Shown: positions 46,967 to 55,982 of the stretch, piece after piece
How positions within the stretch are numbered: position 1 is the stretch's first letter
Layout: each line of letters starts with the position of its first letter
Position numbers and translations under genes: made by a program
Assembly (NCBI GenBank): GCA_038245295.1
Contig: JBBRSP010000003.1
Coordinates: 32,001-96,000, forward strand
DNA from: Candidatus Binatia bacterium
GTDB taxonomy: Bacteria > Desulfobacterota > Binatia > HRBIN30
Direction of reading: 5' to 3'
Length of the DNA: 64,000 nt
The notes under the pieces: generated by a model
The model's input: only the letters and a program-made list of their open reading frames with translations
The model's database searches: none
Told to the model about the DNA's origin: nothing

Positions 46967-48892
46967 ATGCCCATCACACTCACCATACCGAACGGCGAGC
47001 AGCGCCAATTTGAGCCAGGCGCTACCGCCTTCGAAGCGCTGAAGGCGACCGGCCTCTTCAATAAGCGCATCATCGCCGCCTCGCTCGATGGCAAGGCAAT
47101 CGACCTATCGCGGCTGCTCCACAGCGACGGCGCACTCAACGCAATCTCTCTCGATTCTCCCGAAGGCCTCGACGTCATCCGCCACTCCTCGGCCCACTTG
47201 ATGGCGCAGGCGGTCAAGCGGCTGTTCCCGGAGACGCAGGTGACCATCGGGCCGGTGATCGAGAACGGCTTTTTCTACGACTTCAAACGCGCCACGCCGT
47301 TTACGCCCGAAGATTTCGAACGCATCGAAAAGGTGATGGCCGAAATCGTCAAGGCGGACTTTCCGGTGACACGCGAGGAATGGCCGAAACAAAAGGCCGT
47401 CGAGTTCTTCCGCGAACAGGGCGAACTCTACAAGTGCGAGATCATCGAAGGCTTCACCGACGACACCGTATCGCTGTATCGCCAGGGTGAGTTCGTCGAC
47501 CTGTGCCGCGGACCACACGTCGCATCGACCGGCCGCATCCCGGCCGTGAAGATCACCAGCCTGGCCGGCGCCTACTGGCGCGGCAACTCCGACAACGAGA
47601 TGCTGCAACGCCTCTACGGCACCGCCTGGGCCAGCAGCAAAGATCTCGAGGCCTACCTGAAGCGCCTCGAAGAGGCCAAGGCGCGTGACCATCGCCGCAT
47701 CGGCCAGGCGCTCGACCTGTTCTCGTTGCATCCGATCGCCCCGGGCTCGCCGTTCTTCCACCCCAAGGGCACCATCGTTTACAACCTGCTCGTCGAGTTC
47801 ATGCGCAATCTCTACGGGCGCTACGGCTATACCGAAGTCATCACACCGCTGATCTACAAGACCGAGTTGTGGAAGACCTCGGGGCACTACGACGCCTTCC
47901 ACGACGACATGTTCCTGATGTCGGCCGACGAGGACGAGTACGGCGTCAAGCCGATGAACTGCCCCGGCCACTGCTATCTCTACGCCACACGCAAGTATTC
48001 GTATCGCGACCTGCCGTTGCGCTTCGCCGATTTCAGCCGCCTGCATCGCTTCGAATCCTCGGGAACCCTCACGGGCCTGACGCGCGTGCGCTCGATGGCG
48101 CAGGACGATGCACACATCTACTGCACGCCCGACCAGGTCGAGCAGGAGCTGGCGAGCTTCGTGGCGATGACGCGCGAAGTCTACGACGCCTTCGGTTTCG
48201 ATCGTGTGCAGGTCAGCGTGCAAACCCGACCGGCGAATTTCCTCGGACGTGTCGAGCTCTGGGATGCCGCCGAAGCGGCGCTGCAGAAGGCCGCGGAGAG
48301 CACAGGCTACCCGGTTACCATCCTGGCCGGCGAGGGTGCCTTCTACGGACCGAAGATCGGGTTCGATTTCCGCGACGTGCTCGAGCGCTCGTGGACCCTG
48401 TCGACGGTGCAGATTGATTGTGCCATGCCAGAGCGTTTCGGGTTGAAGTACGTAACGCCGGAAGGTCACTCGGCGACGCCGGCGATGCTGCATCGCGCCG
48501 TCCTCGGATCGATCGAACGATTCATCGCCATCCTGCTGGAGCACACCGCCGGCAACCTGCCGCTGTGGTTGGCGCCGGTGCAGGCGCGTGTGTTGACGCT
48601 CACCGATCGCCAGGAAGCGTACGGACGCGAGATCGTTGCCAAGTTGCAAGCCAAGGGTTTGCGCGCCGAAGTGGACAACCGCAGCGAAAAGCTCGGTTTC
48701 AAGGTGCGCGAGGCTCAGTTGCAAAAGATCCCCTACATGCTTGTGGTGGGAGACCGCGAAGCCGCCGAGGGTTCGGTGGCACCGCGCAGTCGCGCGGGCG
48801 GAACTATGGACACTCTACCGGTGGATGCGCTTGTCGCCCGCCTGGTGGACGAAGCGGTACCTGGCAAACGGCCGGCGCCAGCACCGCATTAA
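46967..48892 (+). CDS. thrS: Threonine--tRNA ligase
   Basis: [51 protein letters not shown]. Confidence 0.99.
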   Translation: MPITLTIPNGEQRQFEPGATAFEALKATGLFNKRIIAASLDGKAIDLSRLLHSDGALNAISLDSPEGLDVIRHSSAHLMAQAVKRLFPETQVTIGPVIENGFFYDFKRATPFTPEDFERIEKVMAEIVKADFPVTREEWPKQKAVEFFREQGELYKCEIIEGFTDDTVSLYRQGEFVDLCRGPHVASTGRIPAVKITSLAGAYWRGNSDNEMLQRLYGTAWASSKDLEAYLKRLEEAKARDHRRIGQALDLFSLHPIAPGSPFFHPKGTIVYNLLVEFMRNLYGRYGYTEVITPLIYKTELWKTSGHYDAFHDDMFLMSADEDEYGVKPMNCPGHCYLYATRKYSYRDLPLRFADFSRLHRFESSGTLTGLTRVRSMAQDDAHIYCTPDQVEQELASFVAMTREVYDAFGFDRVQVSVQTRPANFLGRVELWDAAEAALQKAAESTGYPVTILAGEGAFYGPKIGFDFRDVLERSWTLSTVQIDCAMPERFGLKYVTPEGHSATPAMLHRAVLGSIERFIAILLEHTAGNLPLWLAPVQARVLTLTDRQEAYGREIVAKLQAKGLRAEVDNRSEKLGFKVREAQLQKIPYMLVVGDREAAEGSVAPRSRAGGTMDTLPVDALVARLVDEAVPGKRPAPAPH

Positions 48893-48906
48893 GAACGGAG
48901 GCAATC

Positions 48907-49104
48907 ATGCCCAAGTTGAAGACCAGCCGCGGAGCCGCCAAACGGTTCTCGGTCACAGGAACTGGCAAGTTCAAGCGCAGCAAGGCGTTTCTACGCCACC
49001 AACTGTCCTGCAAGACGCGCAAGCAGAAGCGCGGTCTCGGGAAGTCGGCGATTGTGCATCCGACCAACGCCAAGGCGCTGCGCAAGCTGCTGCCGTACCT
49101 GTAA
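48907..49104 (+). CDS. rpmI: 50S ribosomal protein L35
   Basis: [21 protein letters not shown]...LLPYL; GGAGG RBS. Confidence 0.96.
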   Translation: MPKLKTSRGAAKRFSVTGTGKFKRSKAFLRHQLSCKTRKQKRGLGKSAIVHPTNAKALRKLLPYL

Positions 49105-49128
49105 CCCGAGCCCTGGAGGAATACCGCA

Positions 49129-49488
49129 ATGCCGCGAGTTAAACGTGGAACCAAGACGCGCAAGCGTCACAAGAAGATCCTCAAACTAGCGAAAGGCTAC
49201 GTCGGCGGACGCCGCAAGGTCTATCGCCAGGCGCGTGAGACCGTCGAAAAGGGCCTCACGTATGCCTACCGCGATCGCAAGGTACGAAAGCGCGAGTTCC
49301 GCAGCTTGTGGATCGTCCGCATCAATGCGGCGGCCCGCGAAAACGGCCTCAGCTACAGCCAGTTTATGAACGGGCTGACCCAGAGCGGCGTTACCGTTGA
49401 CCGCAAGGTTCTTGCCGACCTTGCCGTGCGCGATCCGCAGGGTTTCCTGGAATTCGTCACGCTGGCCAAGGCCAGTCTGGCTGCTTGA
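49129..49488 (+). CDS. rplT: 50S ribosomal protein L20
   Basis: [31 protein letters not shown]. Confidence 0.98.
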   Translation: MPRVKRGTKTRKRHKKILKLAKGYVGGRRKVYRQARETVEKGLTYAYRDRKVRKREFRSLWIVRINAAARENGLSYSQFMNGLTQSGVTVDRKVLADLAVRDPQGFLEFVTLAKASLAA

Positions 49489-49501
49489 GAACGAGGGGAT
49501 G

Positions 49502-49538
49502 GGGTTGGCGGTCAGGAACGATTCCTGATCGCCAACTC
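49502..49538 (+). other. Strong stem-loop between rplT and pheS, no U-tract
   Basis: GGGTTGGCGGTCAGGAA-CGA-TTCCTGATCGCCAACTC. Confidence 0.6.
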
Positions 49539-49582
49539 GACCTCTGCCTCATCAGATCCTCAGCCCTCGCCCCCTCACCATC

Positions 49583-50605
49583 ATGAAAGAAGAGCTAGAG
49601 CGCATTCGCCGCGAAGCGTTGACGGCGTTGGCGGCGGTTTCGAGTGAAGCGGACGCCGAGCAACTGCGCCTGCGTTTTCTCGGGCGCAAGGGCGAGTTGA
49701 CAACCGTCGTTCGCGGCCTACGCGATGTCCCGGCCGACGAACGTCCGGCTGTCGGTGTCTATCTCAACGAGATCAAGACCGAGGTCGAGGAACAGATCGA
49801 TCGCGTTGTCTCGCAAGCGCGATCGCAGGCGCGCGCCGCTCAGGTGGCACGCGAACGGATCGATGTCACCGTCCCCGGCAAACGCCGACAGATCGGTCAT
49901 CTGCATCCGCTGACGCAGACCATGGAGCAGATCGTCGACATCTTCGTCGGCCTGGGCTTCAACGTCGCGACCGGACCAGACGTCGAAGATGACTACCACA
50001 ACTTCACGGCGCTGAATTTTCCGGCCGACCATCCGGCGCGCGACATGCAGGACACGTTTTTCATCGACGAGTCGCACATCCTGCGCACGCACACCTCGCC
50101 GGTGCAGATTCGTGTCATGGAGGCTCTCAAGGCACCGCTGCGCGTCGTGGTTCCGGGCACGACCTATCGCCATGACAGCGACGTCACGCACTCGCCGATG
50201 TTTCATCAGGTCGAGGGCTTCATGGTCGATCGCAAGGTCACATTCGGCGATCTCAAGGGCGTGTTGACGCTGGCGATGCAGCGTCTGTTCGGCTCAGGCA
50301 CACGGGTGCGCTTCCGCGCCAGCTTCTTTCCGTTCACCGAACCGAGTGCCGAGGTCGATATCGGTTGTGTCATCTGCAAGGGCGCCGAGCCCTCGTGCCG
50401 CATTTGCAAAGGCACCGGCTGGCTGGAAGTGCTCGGCTCGGGGTTGATCGATCCGAATGTTTTCGAGGCGGTCGGTTACAATCCAGAAGAAGTATCCGGC
50501 TTCGCCTTCGGCATGGGTGTCGAGCGCATTGCCATGCTGAAATACCAGATCAACGATATCCGGCTCTACTCCAACAACGACGTCCGGTTCCTGCGGCAGT
50601 TCTGA
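49583..50605 (+). CDS. pheS: Phenylalanine--tRNA ligase alpha subunit
   Basis: HPARDMQDTF, LRTHTSPVQ, FPFTEPS, GFAFGMGVERIAM. Confidence 0.99.
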   Translation: MKEELERIRREALTALAAVSSEADAEQLRLRFLGRKGELTTVVRGLRDVPADERPAVGVYLNEIKTEVEEQIDRVVSQARSQARAAQVARERIDVTVPGKRRQIGHLHPLTQTMEQIVDIFVGLGFNVATGPDVEDDYHNFTALNFPADHPARDMQDTFFIDESHILRTHTSPVQIRVMEALKAPLRVVVPGTTYRHDSDVTHSPMFHQVEGFMVDRKVTFGDLKGVLTLAMQRLFGSGTRVRFRASFFPFTEPSAEVDIGCVICKGAEPSCRICKGTGWLEVLGSGLIDPNVFEAVGYNPEEVSGFAFGMGVERIAMLKYQINDIRLYSNNDVRFLRQF

Positions 50606-50612
50606 GGCAAGC

Positions 50613-53024
50613 ATGAAGGTCAGTTGGAATTGGTTGGGCGAGTTCGTCGAGCTCGAATGGTCCGTCGAGCGTGTCGCCGAGCGTCTGGCGATGTCGGGGC
50701 TTGAAGTCGAATCGATCGAACAGCGCGGCCGTGAGCTTGGTGCCGTGCTGGTCGCCGAGGTCGTTCAAGTTGAACGCCATCCAGGTGCCGATCGGCTTTC
50801 GGTGTGCACAATTCGCGTCGAAGCGGAGCAGACGATCCGTGTCGTCTGCGGTGCCCCCAACGTGCGTGCTGGATTACACGTTCCCTACGCGGCACCAGGC
50901 GTGCAGTTGCCCAACGGCAAGCGCATCGAAGCGGCGGAGATTCGCGGCGTTGCCTCGGCGGGGATGTTGTGCTCCGAGGTCGAACTCGGTTTGGGGCCCG
51001 ATGAAAGTGGCCTGCTGATCTTGCCCTCGGACGCGGTGCTCGGAGACTCGATCGCCAAGCTGCTCGACGTTGACGACGTGGTCCTCGATATTGCGATCAC
51101 ACCGAATCGCGGCGACTGCGCGAGTGTTCTCGGCGTGGCGCGTGAGATCTCGGCGCTAACCGGCCAACGCCTGCGCCGGCCGCGCGTCAGCGTCACCGAG
51201 TCGGCGCAGCACGCGGCCGAAATCCTACGCGTCAAGATCGAAGATCCCGAGTTGTGCGGGCGTTATGTGGCGCGACTGATCCACGGTGTGAAGATCGGAC
51301 CGTCGCCGCTGTCGTTGCAGTATCGGCTGCGGTCGGTTGGCATTCGGCCGCACAACAATGTCGTCGACGTTACCAACTTCGTAATGATCGAACGTGGTCA
51401 GCCGCTGCACGCCTTTGATGCGCAGCGTTTGCCGGCTGCCGAGATTACCGTGCGCCGTGCCGGCAGCGCCATGAAGTACACGACGTTGGATGGCCAGGAA
51501 CGTGACCTGGAGGCCGACGATCTCTTGATCACCTCGGGCGGTCGGGCGGTTGCGCTTGCCGGCATCATGGGTGGCGCCGACAGCGAAGTGATCGATTCGA
51601 CGCAACAGATCCTCCTGGAAAGTGCTTGCTTCGCGCCAAGCCGGATCCGGCGTACCGCGAAACGTTTGGGGCTGCGCAGCGAGGCGTCGTTCCGTTTCGA
51701 ACGAGGCATCGATATCGAAGCCGTCGCCACGGCGGCTGATCGCGCCGCGGCGCTGATCGTGCGTTACGCCGGCGGCAAAGTGGCGGCAGGCCGGGTGGAC
51801 GAATACCCCGGCGCACAACCCGTGGCGCCGATCGCGTTGCGTCTGGCTCGTGTCGGCGAACTGTTGGGTATGGAGATCGCCAAGCCCGACGTGGTTTCCC
51901 AGCTCAAAGCGCTCGGCATGAGTGTAACGCCGGCCACACGTGGCACTCTCACCGTGGTGCCGCCGTCGTACCGCACCGACATCACACGTGAGATCGATGT
52001 GATCGAAGAGATCGTTCGTATGGTCGGCTACGACAACGTGCCGACGACCATGCCTGAGGCGGCGTTGGCGGGCGAGGGGCTCGATGTGATCGAGCGTTGT
52101 TATCGCGAGATTCGCCGCCTGCTGAGCGCCAGCGGTCTGAGCGAAGCGATTCCCTATACATTCTGTTCGCCGCGCTTGAATCGACTCTTCCCTCCGGCCG
52201 ACGGTGCCCGTGTGCCGGTGGCTATTCTCAATCCGATGAGTGGTGAAGAGTCCGAGATGCGGCTCAGCGTTCTCGCCGCGCTGGTGCGCGCGCTCAAGTT
52301 GAATGTTGATCAGGCGGCTGGCCACGTGGCGTTGTTTACGCTCGGCAAGGTCTTCTGGAGCGACGCGACGACTACGGGTGTCTATGGCGAAGCGATGCAT
52401 CTGGCACTCGCCGTTCACCGCGGTATCCCGATGGCCGGCGTTGGGACGCGCGAGCAGCAGGCCGATTTCTTCGATGTCAAAGGAATCGTCGAATCCTTGC
52501 TCGAGTCGCTGCGGGTTTCGGGAGTGACCTGGGAGCCGGCGGCGGATGTGACGTCTTTTCATCCCGGCAAGACGGCGCGTGTCTTGATCAATGGGCAGAG
52601 CGTCGGGGTGATCGGGGCGCTGCACCCAGATCTTGCCGACGAACTCAACTTAGATGCCTCAACGTGGCTCGTTGAGCTTGACTTGGAAAATTTGCTCACG
52701 TACTGTCCGCCGCGCGTTGGGTTCAAAGAACTACCAAGATTTCCGGTAGTTATGAGAGACCTCGCAGTCATGGCAGAGGCTCAATTCGCGTCCGATGAGG
52801 TCGTCCGATTCGTCCGCGAGTGGCCTGAGACAGTGGCGTTGATTGAGGGCGTGCAACTTTTCGATCAATATTCCGGGGCGCCGATCCCGGAAGGAAAGAA
52901 GAGTCTGGCGTTTTCCGTCGCGTATCGAGCCGCTGATCGTACCCTGACTGATGTCGAGGTGAATGAGTTGCATGGGCGATTGGTGCACGCGCTGACGATG
53001 GGGTTGGGCTTGGAGCAGAGGTAG
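50613..53024 (+). CDS. pheT: Phenylalanine--tRNA ligase beta subunit
   Basis: VVCGAPN, ITPNRGDC, GQPLHAFD, SFRFERG, DRTLTD. Confidence 0.98.
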   Translation: MKVSWNWLGEFVELEWSVERVAERLAMSGLEVESIEQRGRELGAVLVAEVVQVERHPGADRLSVCTIRVEAEQTIRVVCGAPNVRAGLHVPYAAPGVQLPNGKRIEAAEIRGVASAGMLCSEVELGLGPDESGLLILPSDAVLGDSIAKLLDVDDVVLDIAITPNRGDCASVLGVAREISALTGQRLRRPRVSVTESAQHAAEILRVKIEDPELCGRYVARLIHGVKIGPSPLSLQYRLRSVGIRPHNNVVDVTNFVMIERGQPLHAFDAQRLPAAEITVRRAGSAMKYTTLDGQERDLEADDLLITSGGRAVALAGIMGGADSEVIDSTQQILLESACFAPSRIRRTAKRLGLRSEASFRFERGIDIEAVATAADRAAALIVRYAGGKVAAGRVDEYPGAQPVAPIALRLARVGELLGMEIAKPDVVSQLKALGMSVTPATRGTLTVVPPSYRTDITREIDVIEEIVRMVGYDNVPTTMPEAALAGEGLDVIERCYREIRRLLSASGLSEAIPYTFCSPRLNRLFPPADGARVPVAILNPMSGEESEMRLSVLAALVRALKLNVDQAAGHVALFTLGKVFWSDATTTGVYGEAMHLALAVHRGIPMAGVGTREQQADFFDVKGIVESLLESLRVSGVTWEPAADVTSFHPGKTARVLINGQSVGVIGALHPDLADELNLDASTWLVELDLENLLTYCPPRVGFKELPRFPVVMRDLAVMAEAQFASDEVVRFVREWPETVALIEGVQLFDQYSGAPIPEGKKSLAFSVAYRAADRTLTDVEVNELHGRLVHALTMGLGLEQR

Positions 53025-53065
53025 GTGGACGCGCGTCTGGAACAGCGGAGGGCCGGGCCGTGACC

Positions 53066-53350
53066 ATGACGAAGGGCGACATCGTGGAGCGCATCTACGA
53101 GAAGGTGGGATTCTCGAAGAAGGAAGCCAGCGATGTTGTCGAGTCTGTATTTGAGATCATAAAAAAGCATCTGGAGTCGGGAGATAAAGTGAAGGTCTCC
53201 GGCTTCGGTAACTTCCAGATCAATCAAAAGCGTCCTCGCAAGGGGCGCAACCCGCAAACGGGCGATCAGATCGTCATTACGGGTCGCAAGGTCCTGACCT
53301 TCAAAGCGAGTCAGGTCCTTAAGAAATCGATGAACGGCGCCGGCGAATAG
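53066..53350 (+). CDS. ihfA: Integration host factor alpha subunit
   Basis: MTKGDIVE, KVSGFGNF, GRNPQTG; follows pheT. Confidence 0.93.
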   Translation: MTKGDIVERIYEKVGFSKKEASDVVESVFEIIKKHLESGDKVKVSGFGNFQINQKRPRKGRNPQTGDQIVITGRKVLTFKASQVLKKSMNGAGE

Positions 53351-53454
53351 CCGTTCTGCACCAGACCGGCCACTTCCATGTGGCCGGTCGTTCATTTTCG
53401 TTCAATCCATCCACGCATCTCCGCGTTTCGATCCTGCGGGCTGTCCTGTGCCCG

Positions 53455-53470
53455 TGGCATGAGCGTTGCT
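53455..53470 (+). promoter_or_regulatory. Putative sigma-54 (-24/-12) promoter
   Basis: TGGCATG-AGCG-TTGCT matches TGGCAYR-N4-TTGCW with exact spacing. Confidence 0.65.
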
Positions 53471-53520
53471 CGTTTGAGCGCTGCTGTGCCGACTTTGATG
53501 ATCAACGAACGGAGACGCCT

Positions 53521-53760
53521 GTGACTTTCCAAGCGTTGCGATTACTGATGCTCAACCGGGTTCTCTGGGGCCGCAACGCAGCGATCTGCGTCAGCGAGCT
53601 GGCCGCGATGCTGCACGCCACTGAACTGGAGACCGAGACGTTGCTGGCGGAGCTGAGTGATGGCGGCTGGATTGCCCGCAATCGCGATGCACGCACGGTT
53701 TGGCTTACGGCGCGCGCCGCGCGTGACCTGATGCGCGACGACAATGCTGCCGTGAGTTGA
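53521..53760 (+). CDS. Small hypothetical protein, winged-helix-like
   Basis: GGAG RBS + GTG start; VSELAAMLH...LLAELSDGGWIAR...VWLT pattern. Confidence 0.55.
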   Translation: MTFQALRLLMLNRVLWGRNAAICVSELAAMLHATELETETLLAELSDGGWIARNRDARTVWLTARAARDLMRDDNAAVS

Positions 53761-53820
53761 GTTTACTCCCACAAAACACTAACACCCTGTGGCGGCCGGC
53801 TTCCGGCCGCATCAACATGT

Positions 53821-53894
53821 CGGGGTGTAGCGCAGCCTGGTAGCGCACTCGCTTGGGGTGCGAGTGGTCGTGGGTTCAAATCCCGCCACCCCGA
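53821..53894 (+). tRNA. tRNA-Pro(GGG), CCA not encoded
   Basis: Acceptor CGGGGTG/CACCCCG, anticodon arm CTCGC-TTGGGGT-GCGAG, GGTTCAAATCC. Confidence 0.96.
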
Positions 53895-53987
53895 CTCTCT
53901 TCTGTCCTGCGGCTTCGCTCCTGAGAGCCGGACGATTTCTCCTACTCGGCGCTTAATTTGGCTTGACGCGAATGATAACGTCGCGCC

Positions 53988-54728
53988 GTGGCAATTTTGT
54001 TGAGCAATGATGATGGGATTTCGGCGGCGGGGTTGCAGGCGCTCAAGCAGAGTTTGTCGCCGCTCGAGGAAACCTGGGTGGTCGCGCCGGACCGCAACCA
54101 GAGCGCCGTGAGCCATGCCCTTACGCTGTACAGGCCATTGCGTATCGATGAGGTGGCCAAGCGTTGTTTCACCGTCGACGGCACACCGACCGATTGTGTC
54201 AAGCTTGGCATCGATCAGATCTTGCCGATGCGACCACGCCTGGTGGTGTCCGGCATCAACCATGGTGCCAACCTGGGTGATGACGTGACCTATTCGGGAA
54301 CTGTTTCCGCGGCTTTCGAAGCAACCCTGTTGGGCGTACCGGCCATTGCCGTCTCGCAGATGGGCCGCGTTGCTTTCGACTTCTCGGTGGCGGCGTCGTT
54401 TGTACGCGCCCTCGTGGCGCGTGTGCTCGTTTACGGTCTCCCGCCCGATACGCTGCTCAATATCAACGTGCCTGAAGGCGAAGTGACCGGCTATGCCATC
54501 ACGCGCCAGGGCAAACGCCGCTACGACGCGGAGATCATCGAGAAGGTCGATCCGCGCGGGCGCAAGTATTACTGGATCGGCGGCGACGAACCCGGACATG
54601 TTGTCGAGGAAGGTACCGACTTTGCCGCCGTGCACAGCGGTCTCATCTCGATCACGCCGCTGCATCTCGATCTCACCAACTACGCTTCGTTCAACACCCT
54701 GGCGGAGCTCAATGTGCAGTGGCCATGA
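53988..54728 (+). CDS. surE: 5'/3'-nucleotidase SurE
   Basis: ILLSNDDG, GTPTDCV, SGINHGANLG, YSGTV, SITPL. Confidence 0.97.
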   Translation: MAILLSNDDGISAAGLQALKQSLSPLEETWVVAPDRNQSAVSHALTLYRPLRIDEVAKRCFTVDGTPTDCVKLGIDQILPMRPRLVVSGINHGANLGDDVTYSGTVSAAFEATLLGVPAIAVSQMGRVAFDFSVAASFVRALVARVLVYGLPPDTLLNINVPEGEVTGYAITRQGKRRYDAEIIEKVDPRGRKYYWIGGDEPGHVVEEGTDFAAVHSGLISITPLHLDLTNYASFNTLAELNVQWP

Positions 54729-55438
54729 ACACGCCGGCGCGCCTGCAGCGGCCTGTGCTGATCGCTGTGGCCTGTCTGATCGCCGGCTGCAGCCACGGCG
54801 TGCACCATCGCGTCAAAGCCGGCGAGACACTCTTCCGCATCAGCAAGGCCTACGGCGTCTCGGTGGCGGAATTGACCAGGGCCAACCGTATCAGTGATCC
54901 ATCACGCATCGAGGTTGGTGATGAGTTGGTGATCCCCGGCGCCGACAACTCCGTGCCCGTCGACCTGGTTGCGCCGAAAAGCGTCAGCCTACGCGGCACT
55001 CCCCAGCGCCCCGCGCCGAGCGGCAATCTGGCGTTGCAGTGGCCGGTACGCCGTGGCCAGGTCTCGTCGCATTTCGGCACGCGCGACGGCAACGTGCACG
55101 ACGGCGTCGATATTACGGCGCCGGTCGGCACGCCGATCTTTGCGGCGGCCGCCGGAGAGGTGATCTACGCCGATACATTGCGCGGCTATGGCAACGTCGT
55201 CATCGTGCGCCATCCCAGTGGCTTTGCGACGGTGTACGCGCACAACGACAAGAACCTCGTGCGAGCCGGGCAGCCCGTGACGCGTGGCGAGCAGATCGCC
55301 ACGTTGGGCGACAGCGGCCGCACCACCGGCGCCAATCTCCACTTCGAAGTACGCCAGGACAACATTGCCCGTGATCCATTGCCCTATCTGCCTGCCGAGC
55401 CGCGCCCCCCAGCGCTTACGGTGCGAGCCGCCGACTGA
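54725..55438 (+). CDS. LysM + M23 peptidase lipoprotein (NlpD-like)
   Basis: Lipobox IAGC, LysM (HRVKAGETLFRIS), HDGVD, YAH, HFEVR. Confidence 0.9.
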   Translation: MNTPARLQRPVLIAVACLIAGCSHGVHHRVKAGETLFRISKAYGVSVAELTRANRISDPSRIEVGDELVIPGADNSVPVDLVAPKSVSLRGTPQRPAPSGNLALQWPVRRGQVSSHFGTRDGNVHDGVDITAPVGTPIFAAAAGEVIYADTLRGYGNVVIVRHPSGFATVYAHNDKNLVRAGQPVTRGEQIATLGDSGRTTGANLHFEVRQDNIARDPLPYLPAEPRPPALTVRAAD

Positions 55439-55459
55439 CAGCCACGAAAGGATCCGACC

Positions 55460-55972
55460 GTGACCGATCTGAAGAAACACATCCGTGACATCCCCGACTT
55501 CCCGAAGCCGGGCATCTTGTTTCGCGACGTCACGCCCTTGTTGGCGGACGGCCCGCTGTTGCGCGAAACGGTGGATCGACTGAGTGAGCCATACAAAGGC
55601 AAGATCGACATGGTCGTCGGCATCGAGTCACGCGGGTTCATTTTCGGCGCTCCGGTGGCCTACGCCCTCGGTGCCGGCTTCTGCATCGTGCGCAAGCCGG
55701 GCAAGCTGCCGTCGGCGACCTACAGCGCCGAGTACGCACTCGAGTATGGCACCGACAAGTTGGAGATTCATCGCGATGCCTTCGCCGAGCCGACGCGAGT
55801 GCTGCTCGTTGACGACCTTCTGGCGACAGGTGGCACGGCCGGTGCGGCGTGTGAGCTCATCGAGAAGCTCGGTGGGCAGGTTGTGGCCTGTGCGTTTGTG
55901 ATCGAGCTTGGTTTTCTGGCCGGTCGTAAGGCCCTCGCTCCTCGTCCGGTAAGCGCATTGCTCGAGTATTGA
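55460..55972 (+). CDS. apt: Adenine phosphoribosyltransferase
   Basis: [35 protein letters not shown]. Confidence 0.98.
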   Translation: MTDLKKHIRDIPDFPKPGILFRDVTPLLADGPLLRETVDRLSEPYKGKIDMVVGIESRGFIFGAPVAYALGAGFCIVRKPGKLPSATYSAEYALEYGTDKLEIHRDAFAEPTRVLLVDDLLATGGTAGAACELIEKLGGQVVACAFVIELGFLAGRKALAPRPVSALLEY

Positions 55973-55982
55973 CCAGCCGCCG

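Noticed and set aside
48888..49142. ATT-initiated infC overlapping the thrS stop (ATT AAG AAC GGA)
   Set aside because: The frame translates to a non-IF3 sequence and is an alternative frame of rpmI.
49489..49582. pheM-like attenuator before pheS
   Set aside because: A hairpin is present, but there is no Phe-rich leader peptide and no U-tract.
53821..53990. tRNA-Pro as an integration site (missing CCA)
   Set aside because: No integrase and no duplicated tRNA 3' end in the window; non-encoded CCA is common.
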